Below are positions 1 to 10,646 of a stretch of DNA of 64,000 nucleotides, in pieces. The notes beneath the pieces were generated by a model. It was not told where the DNA came from, made no database searches, and was given only the letters and a program-made list of their open reading frames with translations. The stretch is from Savitreella phatthalungensis. Taxonomy: Eukaryota. The stretch spans positions 558,001 through 622,000 of the forward strand of contig AP039695.1 in NCBI GenBank assembly GCA_051599415.1, read 5' to 3'. Each line of letters begins with the position of its first letter. Positions within the stretch are counted from its first letter, which is position 1. The position numbers and the translations under genes were made by a program.

Positions 1-1749
1 GTGGCGGTCTAAATAGTGTCTGAGCTCAAGCTTGTTACTCTGGACCCAGTCGAACTGCACATACGTCCTATCATTCACACTTTGACAATTTTTGGATGGT
101 CAGCGAGAGAAACACGAATGTCTCGGAACTGAAATATTCAACACGGTATAAATCCCGTGGTACCAGCCAAATGGGTGCCAGTGGCCACGGTCCAGACCGC
201 CCTCGTGGAATAGCGTGATCCGTCTCCTCCAACATTATCACCCGAGCATACATACATTTGTCACGAACTTGACAAGGCGCGGCGCCGAAATGGTAGCTCC
301 AGGTGGGTCAGGTGCGCGCACGAGCCTCCTTGGTAATGCAGAGCGGGACTTGCCATCTAATGCGTATCCCTGGATCGCAGATCATCTTCTGTTCATGGCA
401 GTCAGTGCTTACAGCGACTGTAATCACAAACTGGCGAAAAAGTTTGTGATCTCCGGATCATCCTTGGTAGCCAATCGACGTCAATCGTGCTATGCGGGGA
501 CACGCTTCTGCTTAGTTAAAATAGTAAACTATGTAAGCGACGTGCGGATCTGGGGTCAGACGCGCCGATCGAGTTATGAAAATTCACGATGCGAAGTCAA
601 CCTGAACGGACTCTTCATGATCCCCGGGCGGGCGGACATTCTTGACTACGAGACCTGATCAATACTTGTGGCCGCATTTGTAGAATTTAGTCATGCAAGA
701 TCAACTGCAGTGCATGTATAAGGCGAAAGATCCTGTTGGGATTGATTATAGTTTACATGCACAATTGATTTCTCGTGCTCAAGGGACGTCGATTGCTTCC
801 CCCGTGCAATGGACGTTCTGCTTCTCAATATTCCAGATCGGCCGAGTGGCATCGGACTAGAAGCACAACTTCCTTGACTCACGATTGACAAGACAAGGGT
901 AGGCATGATTCACGGAGGACTGTGTACTTCGAGTCTAAATCACTCCGGCAAGGCTGTACTCGAAACTCTTGAAACGCGTGAGCACGCCACTCCACTTTCG
1001 AGTCCGCAACAAACCCACACATCGTAAAGCCTCCGTCAAGTCTCGAGTGAAATGGGATTGATCACCATGGGTGACCCCGGACGTCGGTGAACGCTGCGAA
1101 CTCCAACAGGACTGCCGTGCTTGGTCAATTGAGCCGATTTCCACGCCTGGCTTCGATTATTTATTCCTAGATAGGATTGATTAGTGTGATTTGGCGAGAT
1201 CCTCTAGACGAATTAAGCGATCAATCATATCGCGCATCTCTGTCTCGATCGATTGTCCGAGTCCAGCTTCTCGGACATAGATAGTCAGCTTTTCCTTGCA
1301 AAGAATGCTACCCTTTCAGTCTGCCTGCGTCCAAGTGCTTCACCTGTCCATACTCGGAACCGATCACGGAGGTGCTCTTGCCACGTTCCTTGGCAAACCC
1401 GTCTCATGCTCGGAGATGGCCAAGCGAGACCCGGAGGCATAGACGGTCAGAGACTCTGCACGTGTATCGCGCCAACGGCCGAGCAATTTCGAAACGTAGC
1501 TCTAGCCTGGCTTGCAGTTCAATGTCCTCCAAATGACCAGATTCTCCTCTCAAGGACACTCCGTATCTTTTCCCAGGAGATCAATTCTCTTGCGAAATCG
1601 GTGTCCCTCTCAGCGTTTAAGCGCCCGGGGCGATCTGGTACTCCTGTGGACCTCGAGATTGCACTCTTTTGACGACATCGCCACGAGCGTGATCTGTTAA
1701 GCTTGTAGACACTGTAGATTGTTGATGTCGTACGAAGAGCTGTGCAACT

Positions 1750-2478
1750 TCACTGCAGGAACCGCATGAAGGCTAGCAGGAGTGAGCCAACGCCAGCGAT
1801 GAAAGCGGCGAACCATTGGAGCAGCTGGAACTTGACAGTCTCGAGCTGCGTGCGAATGTTCGCAATCTCGGTATCGATCTTGGTATCCGTTTCGCGAATC
1901 TTGAGCTCATGGACTGAATTTTCTTCGCGGATACGTCCCTTTTCAAGATTGAGATCCAGTCGTACATTGGCTTGCGTCTTTGCAATCTCCTCTTTCAGTC
2001 GTTGCTTCAGCTTTTCAAGGTCGCTGGTGATGCGTTCCTGGTCAGACTTGAGCAGCGTGTGGTCGTTCTTCTCCAGCGTCTGCAGCTCACTTCGTAGCTG
2101 AGCGAAGTCGACCTTCTGCGTGTATGTCGTCTTCTCTTGGTCATCTTTCGACACCATTGTTCGTCGTAAGCCCTCGATACTGCTTGTTAGTCCATGCGCC
2201 CAAACATCGACCTGACACGGTCCTTACCTCTCTGAGATGACATCCGACAGTGCACGCATGACTGCCTGTGACTGTGTCGGCGTAAATCCCTCTGACTCGA
2301 GCCGTTTGCATAGCTTGAGCGTGTCAAAGTGATAGTCGCTGCGAGCAGTTCTACAAGTCGAAAAGTTTGTGCTCGCACGCAATGTCGTCCAAGCGCTCGT
2401 CTGAGCTGCACGAGGCACTATAGCTGCTGATGCTATCAGTCGCGCAGGTACGCGCAGCAGACGTGTCCGCATCATCAT
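1750..2478 (-). CDS. FMP32: DUF1640/CCDC90-MCUR1 family mitochondrial coiled-coil protein (Fmp32/Put7-like); 2 exons, intron 2180-2227
   Basis: The intron GTAAGG...ACTAAC AAGCAG (48 nt) joins ORFs 2224..2802 and 1750..2157 in frame (SDVISE-SIEGLRRTMVSK). Motifs YHFDTLKLCKRLESEGF and VRLDLNLEKGRIREE, plus a C-terminal TM helix. Arg-rich presequence from the ATG at 2478. Confidence 0.88.
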
Positions 2479-2724
2479 CGGGCACCGGGTCCAGGCCGCT
2501 ATGTATAGCGCGCGCCAAGACTCTAATGTTTTCCTTTGTGCGTCATAAACGCGCGTTTTCTCAATCGGACATGTGTTTGAGGATTTCTGTAGACGCATTG
2601 ATGCACGGGCCAAGAAAGCAAGTGGAGTGGTGGACACCAAATGCGACATTTGTGAGCCACTGAGCATCACAGCAACGGTCCCTCGATGCCGATGAGCTTG
2701 GGTCGATAGAGAGCTGCGGATTCG

Positions 2725-5436
2725 ATGTTCGAGAAGACGCTCAACGACTTGATACGTGGCCTGCGTGCCAATCGCGGCAATGAGGATAAATACATCCGCC
2801 AAGCCGTTGTGGAATGTCGAAGGGAGGCCTCGTCGCAGGATCTCGATGTCAAGGCTGGAGCTCTACTGAAGCTTGCCTACCTCAACATGTTCGGCCAAGA
2901 CATGGATTGGGCTGCATTTCAAACAGTCGAGGTCATGGCCAGTTCCCGGTTTGTGAACAAACGCATCGGATATATGTCTGCTTCGCTGGGTTTCACTCAA
3001 ACAACCGACGTGCTCATGCTCGCGACCAATTTGATAAAGAAGGACATCTTTGCCGCCAACGCCGGCGACGTGTGCGTCGCTCTTGGTGGCCTTGCAGACA
3101 TCGTCACCCCGGATCTCGCCCGAGACCTCGCCCCCGACGTGACGAAGCTGCTGAATCACTCTAAGGCCCTGGTGCGCCGGAAAGCAGTCCTGACACTCTA
3201 CAAGATCTTCCTACGCTATCCCGAAGCGTTACGATCATCGTATCCTAAGCTCTGTGAGATGCTCGAGGACGAGGATCAATCAGTCGTTTCTGCTGCTGTC
3301 AGTGTCATCACAGAGTTGTCGCGCAAGAATTCGAAGAACTACCTGACGCTGGCACCCGCTCTTTTCAACTTGCTGACGACGTCGACGAACAACTGGATGC
3401 TGATTAAGATCGTCAAGTTATTCGCCACCATGCTTCCGCTTGAGCCTCGCCTGGTCAAGAAACTCATCTCGCCCCTGACCGACCTCGTGCAGGCGACAAC
3501 GGCCATGTCCTTGCTGTACGAGTGCATCAATACGGTGGTCTCGACTGAAATACTCTCTCATCCGAGTTCTGATTTTCTCACCAGGTTATGTGTCACGAAG
3601 TTGCGGACCTTTTTCAGCGTAGGAGATCAGAACTTGAAGTACGTCGCGCTTCTGGCTTTTGGCAAGATCATGAACACTCGGCCAGAACTCATTCTGCCGT
3701 GCCAAGATCTCATTATGGAGTGTATCGACGACGCAGATTCGTCAGTACGCCTTCGAGCCCTCGACCTCGTCTCTTACATGCCGACCCGAAGCACGCTACC
3801 TGATATCGTCCGCAGGCTAATGCTCCAGCTGCTACCAAGCTCGAAGCTATCCCTCACGGATGACCAACGCAAGCACATCGTCCATCGTATCCTTGAGATG
3901 TGCCGCAAAGAGACGTATGGTCTCATTGACGATTTCGATTGGTATATGTCTGTGCTTGTGGATCTGGTCAAGGTAGCGCGGACAGATATTGGCGGGCAGC
4001 TGTGCGACGAGATTCGCAACGTCTGTGTACGCGTCGAGGACATCAGGGAATTCGCCTTGCCGTTACTTGCTGATCTTGCGACGAGTCGCGAGCAACTCGA
4101 GCAAATTGACAGGCCTCAGGCTAATGGGCGCGCTCTCATCGCCGCCGTGTGGTGCGTCGGGGAATTTGCTGGTGCGCTAGACAGCATCGAGCCTGTGCTC
4201 GACCGTCTTCTTGAAGTCAAGCCAGGAGCCTTTCAATTTGAGCTGCAGCACGCATATCTTTCAGGAGTCATCAAGCTGTTCGCTCGATGGGCATCGCAAC
4301 TGCCGAGATTCGACGCTGAAGCGCGCATGGCTGTGCAAGGGAAAGCTCGGAAACTGCTCGAGTTCGCGAGAATGATTACGTCGGCCCAAGATGTGGAGAC
4401 TCAGCGGCGCGCTCTTGAGGTCGTCGCCGTCATGAATGTGGGCATACAGGCTATCGAGGAGCATGCGGTCGATCTGGAGGAGCAAGTTCCCGCCTTCTTC
4501 ACGGATATTATGCCGAGTCTGTATCTTGGCGAGGCGCTCCTAAAGCCTGTATCTGACACAGCGCAGCAACACATCAAGGTCCCAGACCAACTAGACCTAG
4601 ATGCCGACATTTATCCACCTACGCCGCCGATCAGCCCGATCCAACCCGCACGTGATTCAGAAGACATTTTAGGCTTGGAGGACGCTGCAGACAGAACAGA
4701 AGAAGAGCGACTCGCGACCCGTAAATCCAGGCAAGAACGATGCCGAGATGATCCTTTCTACATCGCGCCTGACGCGTCCGAGCGGTCCATATCTGGTGGA
4801 GACCTCATACGAGTCGCTGATTTAGACACTTTGCCGGATGCAGCTCAGGCCCGAGACGAGAAGCCCAGGAGACGCGCAAAGCGCAGTCACAAGCCGGTGG
4901 TTATCCTTCAGGATGAAATGCCTGACGGTGTGGTACAGGAACCTGTTGGACAGGAAACCGCCCCGGGAGTGGCACGCTCTACAAATAATCCAGCTCCGCG
5001 CAACGTTCTGCGCGTTGATCACTCCGGACTCGCACTATTCGATCTGAGTAAGCAAGATGCATCAGATGCGGAAGTCGACGAGCTCGATGCCGTTCTACGT
5101 GCACGCACCGAGCTCCAGCAGGCTCCGCGAGAAGCCGGGAAGATGCAAGAAAAGGCTGTGTCGAAGAAAAGAGGCAAGAAGAAAAAAAAGTCAGTAGCTG
5201 ACGAGAAACCGAGTCGAAACAGGACAGCGGTCGCGTCCTCTCCTGTTATTGATGTTGCGACAGAGCCCGAAATTGTCGATTCCCGCGAGCATCCGCTATT
5301 GGTCAGCGCACCTGCGGAGAGTATGCATCATCAAGGTGATGGTTACCTGGATCTCAACGAGATCGCGCGTGATGAGGACGGCGAACTCGAGGTCGTGCGC
5401 AAACCGAAGAGGAAGAGCAAGAAGGCGATGTCGTAA
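2725..5436 (+). CDS. APL5: AP-3 adaptor complex delta subunit
   Basis: 903 aa. N-terminus MFEKTLNDLIRGLRAN, adaptin N-terminal repeats (KRIGYMSAS, NNWMLIKIVKLF, DQNLKYVALLAF), Lys-rich tail. Confidence 0.95.
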   Translation: MFEKTLNDLIRGLRANRGNEDKYIRQAVVECRREASSQDLDVKAGALLKLAYLNMFGQDMDWAAFQTVEVMASSRFVNKRIGYMSASLGFTQTTDVLMLATNLIKKDIFAANAGDVCVALGGLADIVTPDLARDLAPDVTKLLNHSKALVRRKAVLTLYKIFLRYPEALRSSYPKLCEMLEDEDQSVVSAAVSVITELSRKNSKNYLTLAPALFNLLTTSTNNWMLIKIVKLFATMLPLEPRLVKKLISPLTDLVQATTAMSLLYECINTVVSTEILSHPSSDFLTRLCVTKLRTFFSVGDQNLKYVALLAFGKIMNTRPELILPCQDLIMECIDDADSSVRLRALDLVSYMPTRSTLPDIVRRLMLQLLPSSKLSLTDDQRKHIVHRILEMCRKETYGLIDDFDWYMSVLVDLVKVARTDIGGQLCDEIRNVCVRVEDIREFALPLLADLATSREQLEQIDRPQANGRALIAAVWCVGEFAGALDSIEPVLDRLLEVKPGAFQFELQHAYLSGVIKLFARWASQLPRFDAEARMAVQGKARKLLEFARMITSAQDVETQRRALEVVAVMNVGIQAIEEHAVDLEEQVPAFFTDIMPSLYLGEALLKPVSDTAQQHIKVPDQLDLDADIYPPTPPISPIQPARDSEDILGLEDAADRTEEERLATRKSRQERCRDDPFYIAPDASERSISGGDLIRVADLDTLPDAAQARDEKPRRRAKRSHKPVVILQDEMPDGVVQEPVGQETAPGVARSTNNPAPRNVLRVDHSGLALFDLSKQDASDAEVDELDAVLRARTELQQAPREAGKMQEKAVSKKRGKKKKKSVADEKPSRNRTAVASSPVIDVATEPEIVDSREHPLLVSAPAESMHHQGDGYLDLNEIARDEDGELEVVRKPKRKSKKAMS

Positions 5437-5666
5437 CGCTGGGAGGTATGATGCATCAGACAGATCTCACGATTCCAGGTCTACCGTAGTCTTTGACAAT
5501 ATGTAATGACCACCCTGATATACTTCTCCGCCGTTTACATTCTTCAACATATTTTAAACTGACCACTTGACTGGACTGACGACAGTGAACACACATCTAA
5601 GGTCCGTGTCATTCTTGAACGTGTCGTCTCGCTCTCGTGTGACCTAACACACACACGCCCTCTGAC

Positions 5667-7023
5667 ATGACCCACGAGATATTGATCGCTCCTAGTAGCG
5701 CAAGTGCTTCCCGTCATGGTGATAATGAGTTTGCGGTCGACAATCAACCAAGCAAACATCCAGCGGCGAAACGTCTCTCGCTCCACAAATTCTCCTCACG
5801 CCTTACAGACCTACGAGCTCGAAGGTGGAAGAGCAGCGTGTCCGACGAGGTGACAGCGCAATCGAGCCAAGGAGGGCATAATTTGGCCGGACAGGCGCTC
5901 GCTTGTTCCATTTCAGCCGGATCGATCAGCAACAACGACCAAGAGGTGCCCAACACAGACACCGTTAGCTTGGTCCGTTACAAATCCGTCTCATCTGCGT
6001 CGAGCACTGTCAAGGTCATGCAGAGGGCACATGAAGGTCTGAACGAGATGAGTGACCTAACTATGGCACTGTGCGCGAAGCTTCAAACGCTCTCGGCTCA
6101 AAACCGTGGTCTCCAGGTTAATGAAGCTGAGCAAAAACAGTGCTCCCAACAACTTCGCACGCAGATCGAGATGCTAGAGTCGGACAAAGCAATACTCTGC
6201 AGGGAAAATGCACGCCTGGGATCTCAGATCGATGACATCCAGACCCTCTTGCACGACTCCCTGCAGCTCTTTGCAGAAGCCAAAATCGAACATGGAAAAG
6301 AAGCTGCCGCACTAAGGATCGACATGAGAAAGGCCCACGACGAACTTGACAGAACGATACAAAGCTCGCAAGACGCATGGTCATCAAGACGACAATCAGT
6401 CCTTGAGTTACAGCAGCTCGTTGTTTCACTGCGAAAGGAGAATCGTAAACTCGCCTCACAGCAGCGAGCTCCTTTTTCGGTCATGCGGGCATTCTCATTC
6501 TCTCTACAGCCTGTACATACAACGACCGCAGAACTGACAAGGGAGCAGCCTGTGATCGTCATGCTCCACTCCAGCGACGGGGATCGCGCGGTAGCTGAGC
6601 ATGTTGTGCAGTGGCTGTCGCGACCTGAGACAGACACTGTCCTGCAGTATCGTCTGGATCGACAAGTATGCTTCACAACCGTTCAGTCAAGCGCCGCGGC
6701 GATTCATGTCAAACTAATCGGTGAGAACTCGAGTCCTGTGCATCTCGCTGTACTGACCTCCTCCAGTGTCATTCGGCCCTGTCGATCACGACTCATCATA
6801 CGCAATTCAGCAATTCCGGGAACGACACCCTAGCGGGCTGGTGCTCTGCGTTTGTCCTACTGAGGCAGATGAGCGTGGCGGCGAAACACAGTCATCGCAC
6901 TCGATTGACATTGTCCTTGCAATGGACGCGAGCTCTTATCGCTTGAGCGACAGCGAGGCTAACGACGAGGCGCTGTGCGGGCTCGCTGCTCGCCTAAAAA
7001 GTGCTGCCGGCCTCGTCGATTAA
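5667..7023 (+). CDS. hypothetical coiled-coil protein; 2 exons, intron 6721-6766
   Basis: The intron GTGAGA...CTGAC CTCCTCCAG (46 nt) joins ORF 5667.. to ORF 6766..7023 in frame (HVKLI-VSFGPVDH). Central heptad-rich region; no family recognised. Confidence 0.65.
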
Positions 7024-7064
7024 GCTGAGCCGTCGCATGTAGTGGGTGTGAATGAAGTCTTGTA

Positions 7065-7886
7065 TCAGCCAGCTGCGATGAATCCGCCGTCGACGAGGGC
7101 CTGTCGTGCGACCGTTGTGATGTGTCTGAATCTGATATCGCCAAGGAGCACGCCGCCAAACCATCTACTGACGACAACAAGGACATCTTCGGCTCCTGAC
7201 ACTTGAAGCAGGAAAGCCAGGCGTGCGCCGGCAGCCGTCTCGCCGTCATCATCGTGATCCTGCTGCGGCGTGCCTGCAGCCTTCTCAACAGACGACGTGT
7301 CGTTCACTGAAGCTCGAAGACGATATGCATAGATGCATGGATGTGTAGCCTTGGAAAGCCGCTTGTCATTCCTGATAGACGCTAGCGCTCTTTCGACGTC
7401 TGCAGCAGTCTTGACACGAACAGCCCGACCCAACATAGTCGATTTACGATCGTGTATTGGCTCAGATACAGTCCAGGAGATATCATGCATGTCAGTCTGC
7501 GTGGCTTCACGCTCGGCCGCTGCAATCTCCTCAGCTTCCACAGCCGCCGCGGCAGCAGTCTCAAGCGTCTCATGAAGCGCAGCGACTAGACCTAGAATGT
7601 GGTCAGGCCCATCATGATTCTGAAGAACCAGCTTGCACCATTCGGCGTCAACAGCGGGGAGTTCTGTAGCTAAGTGAGAGACAATAGGCAGGGTTTCTGG
7701 GTAGAAGTTCTGATTGACGGCCAGGTAAAAGGAAGTTACCCTGGACACAGGCGCATTGCTCCCGATTTCTTCCTCACCGGGCACGTTGATCAGGAGTGTC
7801 GACGAAAGGCCGTCTGCTCGACGTACACAGCCAGGGTATATGGCATCGATGGCGAGCAGCTCTTCCTCTAGAGATTCGTTCACCAT
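7065..7886 (-). CDS. YIH1: IMPACT/Yih1 family protein (RWD + UPF0029 domain), GCN2 regulator
   Basis: N-terminal RWD (EEELLAIDAIYP, YPE); C-terminal DRKS, KATH, QDHDDDGETAAGARL and VVVSRWFGGVLLGDIRFRHI. Confidence 0.92.
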   Translation of the reverse strand: MVNESLEEELLAIDAIYPGCVRRADGLSSTLLINVPGEEEIGSNAPVSRVTSFYLAVNQNFYPETLPIVSHLATELPAVDAEWCKLVLQNHDGPDHILGLVAALHETLETAAAAAVEAEEIAAAEREATQTDMHDISWTVSEPIHDRKSTMLGRAVRVKTAADVERALASIRNDKRLSKATHPCIYAYRLRASVNDTSSVEKAAGTPQQDHDDDGETAAGARLAFLLQVSGAEDVLVVVSRWFGGVLLGDIRFRHITTVARQALVDGGFIAAG

Positions 7887-8887
7887 CACCTTTAGCTCAT
7901 CCTATCTGTGCATTCGTGCGGATATCGACGATTGTGCATTTTTCTCAGATTGCCATTTACCGTTGAATCATAAAAATATGCACGTGTAGCTCACTGGCTG
8001 AGGGCGCCAGTTGATAAAAAGTTTGAGCAGGTCTGTTTTCAGAAATCCGACCAGAACTTGATCCTGAACGTCCTGTACACGTTCCGATGAGAGTTCGCTA
8101 AGGCGACAAGGCGATCTTCCTTGCTGCAAATCACGTCGGCGACGGGACTGATGACTTCAAAAGATGTAGACGCTTTCGGAAGAGAGCTACGAACTGGACA
8201 ACTAGTTGCATGCTCATTGATGTAGCCCATGGTTTGAGTAATTGAGTAATTTGTGATCAGAGTGTCTGAATTGAGTCAATCAGATCAGATCAAACCACAT
8301 AAAGTTATCTAATCGGTCGGACGACCTTCCTTAAACACTAGCTATATGATTCAATTGACTTGATATTGATATCTCGGAAAGAAATATTCCATTGATCGAT
8401 CGGCTTAACCGAGCTATCCAATTGCCAATTCCGACTTAAAGGCAGACAGATTCGAATGAACCTTGTACTGTACCGAAGATCCAATCACTTCTACCCTATC
8501 CATCATAATCTTCATGTAACGTACTCACGCGTCAGCTCTCTGGTTCGAATGTATGTATGGAATCAGGTGTACGTAGACAGTACATGCTATAGATGGCGCT
8601 ACGAAAACGAGAAAATGAATCAATACGGTATACGTATATAGGCGTTGATCGAGATAGTGTACACGGTAGAATTACCTGTCTCGATCAGGTATTTCTATCT
8701 AGTAGTAATTTTCTATTCTTTCGCCTTCTTCTATTTTTGTCGGTTGAGCCGTGGATTTTGACCAATCAACAAGCTTCCATATCGGCTATGCCAATCCAGT
8801 CAGCCGGAGCACACTTCAATCAAGCAACAGTCCAGCGGGGCACGAACCCGTGTCTTCGAACCTGCTTCCGCGGAAGTATCACCAGCT

Positions 8888-8918
8888 CCACCACCACCAC
8901 CACCACCACCACCACCAC
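8888..8918. repeat. (CCA)10 trinucleotide microsatellite
   Basis: Directly visible CCACCACCA... run upstream of CAR2. Confidence 0.95.
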
Positions 8919-9165
8919 AGGTCACGCGTCTCCTCTCCTCCAAGGTCGGGTAACAACACCGTCGGCAAGTGACTATATAGTTGGCGGCAGTACCGAACAT
9001 AATCACCTGCATCAAGCTGCATCATCTCCAAAGCTGGCAAACTTGTAGGAGAATACTTCAAGGATAGGACAACTCCATCCCAACTCAAACTCAATCGGAC
9101 CACATCCCGTACTACTCGCAGTACAAGAGCCTATTCAGCGAGCGCTCCGGAACTAATCAACAACC

Positions 9166-10536
9166 ATGTCGCCTTCGGTAGACCACAGAGTCATATCTTC
9201 CAACGGCAGTGCTGCTACGTATTCCACCAAACAAGCTATTGCAGATGAGCACCACTACGCAGCCAACAATTATCACCCGTTACCAGTAGTCCTCTCCCGT
9301 GGCGAAGGGCCCGTCGTGTATGATCCAGAGGGCAACGCATACCTGGACTTCCTTTCGGCCTACAGCGCCGTCAATCAGGGACACTGTCATCCTCGCATCG
9401 TCCAAGCCCTAGTTGAGCAGGCCTCAAAACTCACGCTTTCGTCTCGCGCATTTTACAACGATGTCTTCCCGAGATTCGCTCAATTCGTCACCGAATTCTT
9501 CGGCTACGATTGTGTTCTGCCGATGAACACCGGTGCAGAGGCAGTCGAGACGGCCATCAAGATGGCTCGCAGATGGGCGTACAAGCACAAGGGTGTCAGA
9601 TCGGACCAGGCCATCGTCCTCAGCTGCGCAGACAACTTCCATGGCAGGACCATGGGAATCGTCAGCATGTCCACCGACCCAGACTGCCGGGACGACTTTG
9701 GTCCCTTCCTCCCCAATGTCGGGCCTATCTGTCCTTCCACGGGGAAGATGCTGCGCTATGGAGAGATCGAGGACTTAAAACTAGCACTCGAGACACATGG
9801 CGATCGTGTAGCGTGTTTCATCGTCGAACCGATCCAGGGAGAGGCGGGTGTGGTCGTGCCTCCAGTAGACTACCTGCGACAAGTGCGCGAACTCTGCACC
9901 AAGCACAACGTCCTTTTCATCTGTGACGAGATTCAGACAGGCGTCGCTCGGACTGGCGCACTCTTGTGCATCGAGCACTCCGGTGTGAAGCCCGATGCAG
10001 TTCTCCTCGGCAAGGCAATCTCTGGAGGCGTCTATCCTGTCTCCTGTGTACTTTCATCTCGCGAGATCATGGACGCCTTCACGCCAGGTTCACACGGCTC
10101 GACCTATGGAGGTAATCCACTCGGCTCTGCTGTCGCCATCGCAGCTCTTGAGGTCGTGCGCGATGAGCAGATGACTGAGCGCGCACGTGTGCTCGGCGAC
10201 AAGTTCCGCGATGGTCTCCGACGTCTCGAGTCACCGCTGCTGACGACCGTTCGTGGCATGGGCCTGTTGAATGCCATCGTCATTGACGAGTCTCGGACGA
10301 ATGGACGCACTGCCTGGGACCTATGCCTTCTCCTGAAATCGAAAGGTCTCCTTGCCAAGCCCACCCACGGCAACATCGTGAGATTGAGTCCACCGCTATG
10401 CATCTCCGAGCAACAGCTTGACAAGGGCATCGCGCTCATCGGCGCAGCTCTGAAAGAGCTCCCAGATTACCCCGTCGAGACGCTTGTCGACGATCCTGAG
10501 CACGAAGTGCACGCCCCTGCACCTGTGGACACCTGA
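9166..10536 (+). CDS. CAR2: ornithine aminotransferase (class III PLP)
   Basis: [47 protein letters not shown] (PLP Lys), [10 protein letters not shown]. Confidence 0.97.
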   Translation: MSPSVDHRVISSNGSAATYSTKQAIADEHHYAANNYHPLPVVLSRGEGPVVYDPEGNAYLDFLSAYSAVNQGHCHPRIVQALVEQASKLTLSSRAFYNDVFPRFAQFVTEFFGYDCVLPMNTGAEAVETAIKMARRWAYKHKGVRSDQAIVLSCADNFHGRTMGIVSMSTDPDCRDDFGPFLPNVGPICPSTGKMLRYGEIEDLKLALETHGDRVACFIVEPIQGEAGVVVPPVDYLRQVRELCTKHNVLFICDEIQTGVARTGALLCIEHSGVKPDAVLLGKAISGGVYPVSCVLSSREIMDAFTPGSHGSTYGGNPLGSAVAIAALEVVRDEQMTERARVLGDKFRDGLRRLESPLLTTVRGMGLLNAIVIDESRTNGRTAWDLCLLLKSKGLLAKPTHGNIVRLSPPLCISEQQLDKGIALIGAALKELPDYPVETLVDDPEHEVHAPAPVDT

Positions 10537-10646
10537 AACAACGCTCGACGATTTCATATCACGTCACAATAGTTATACGAATCATATGCGATCGAAATGC
10601 CTGTAATCATTCTATGTACACGCGTGCGTGGTGATATCATGAAGCG

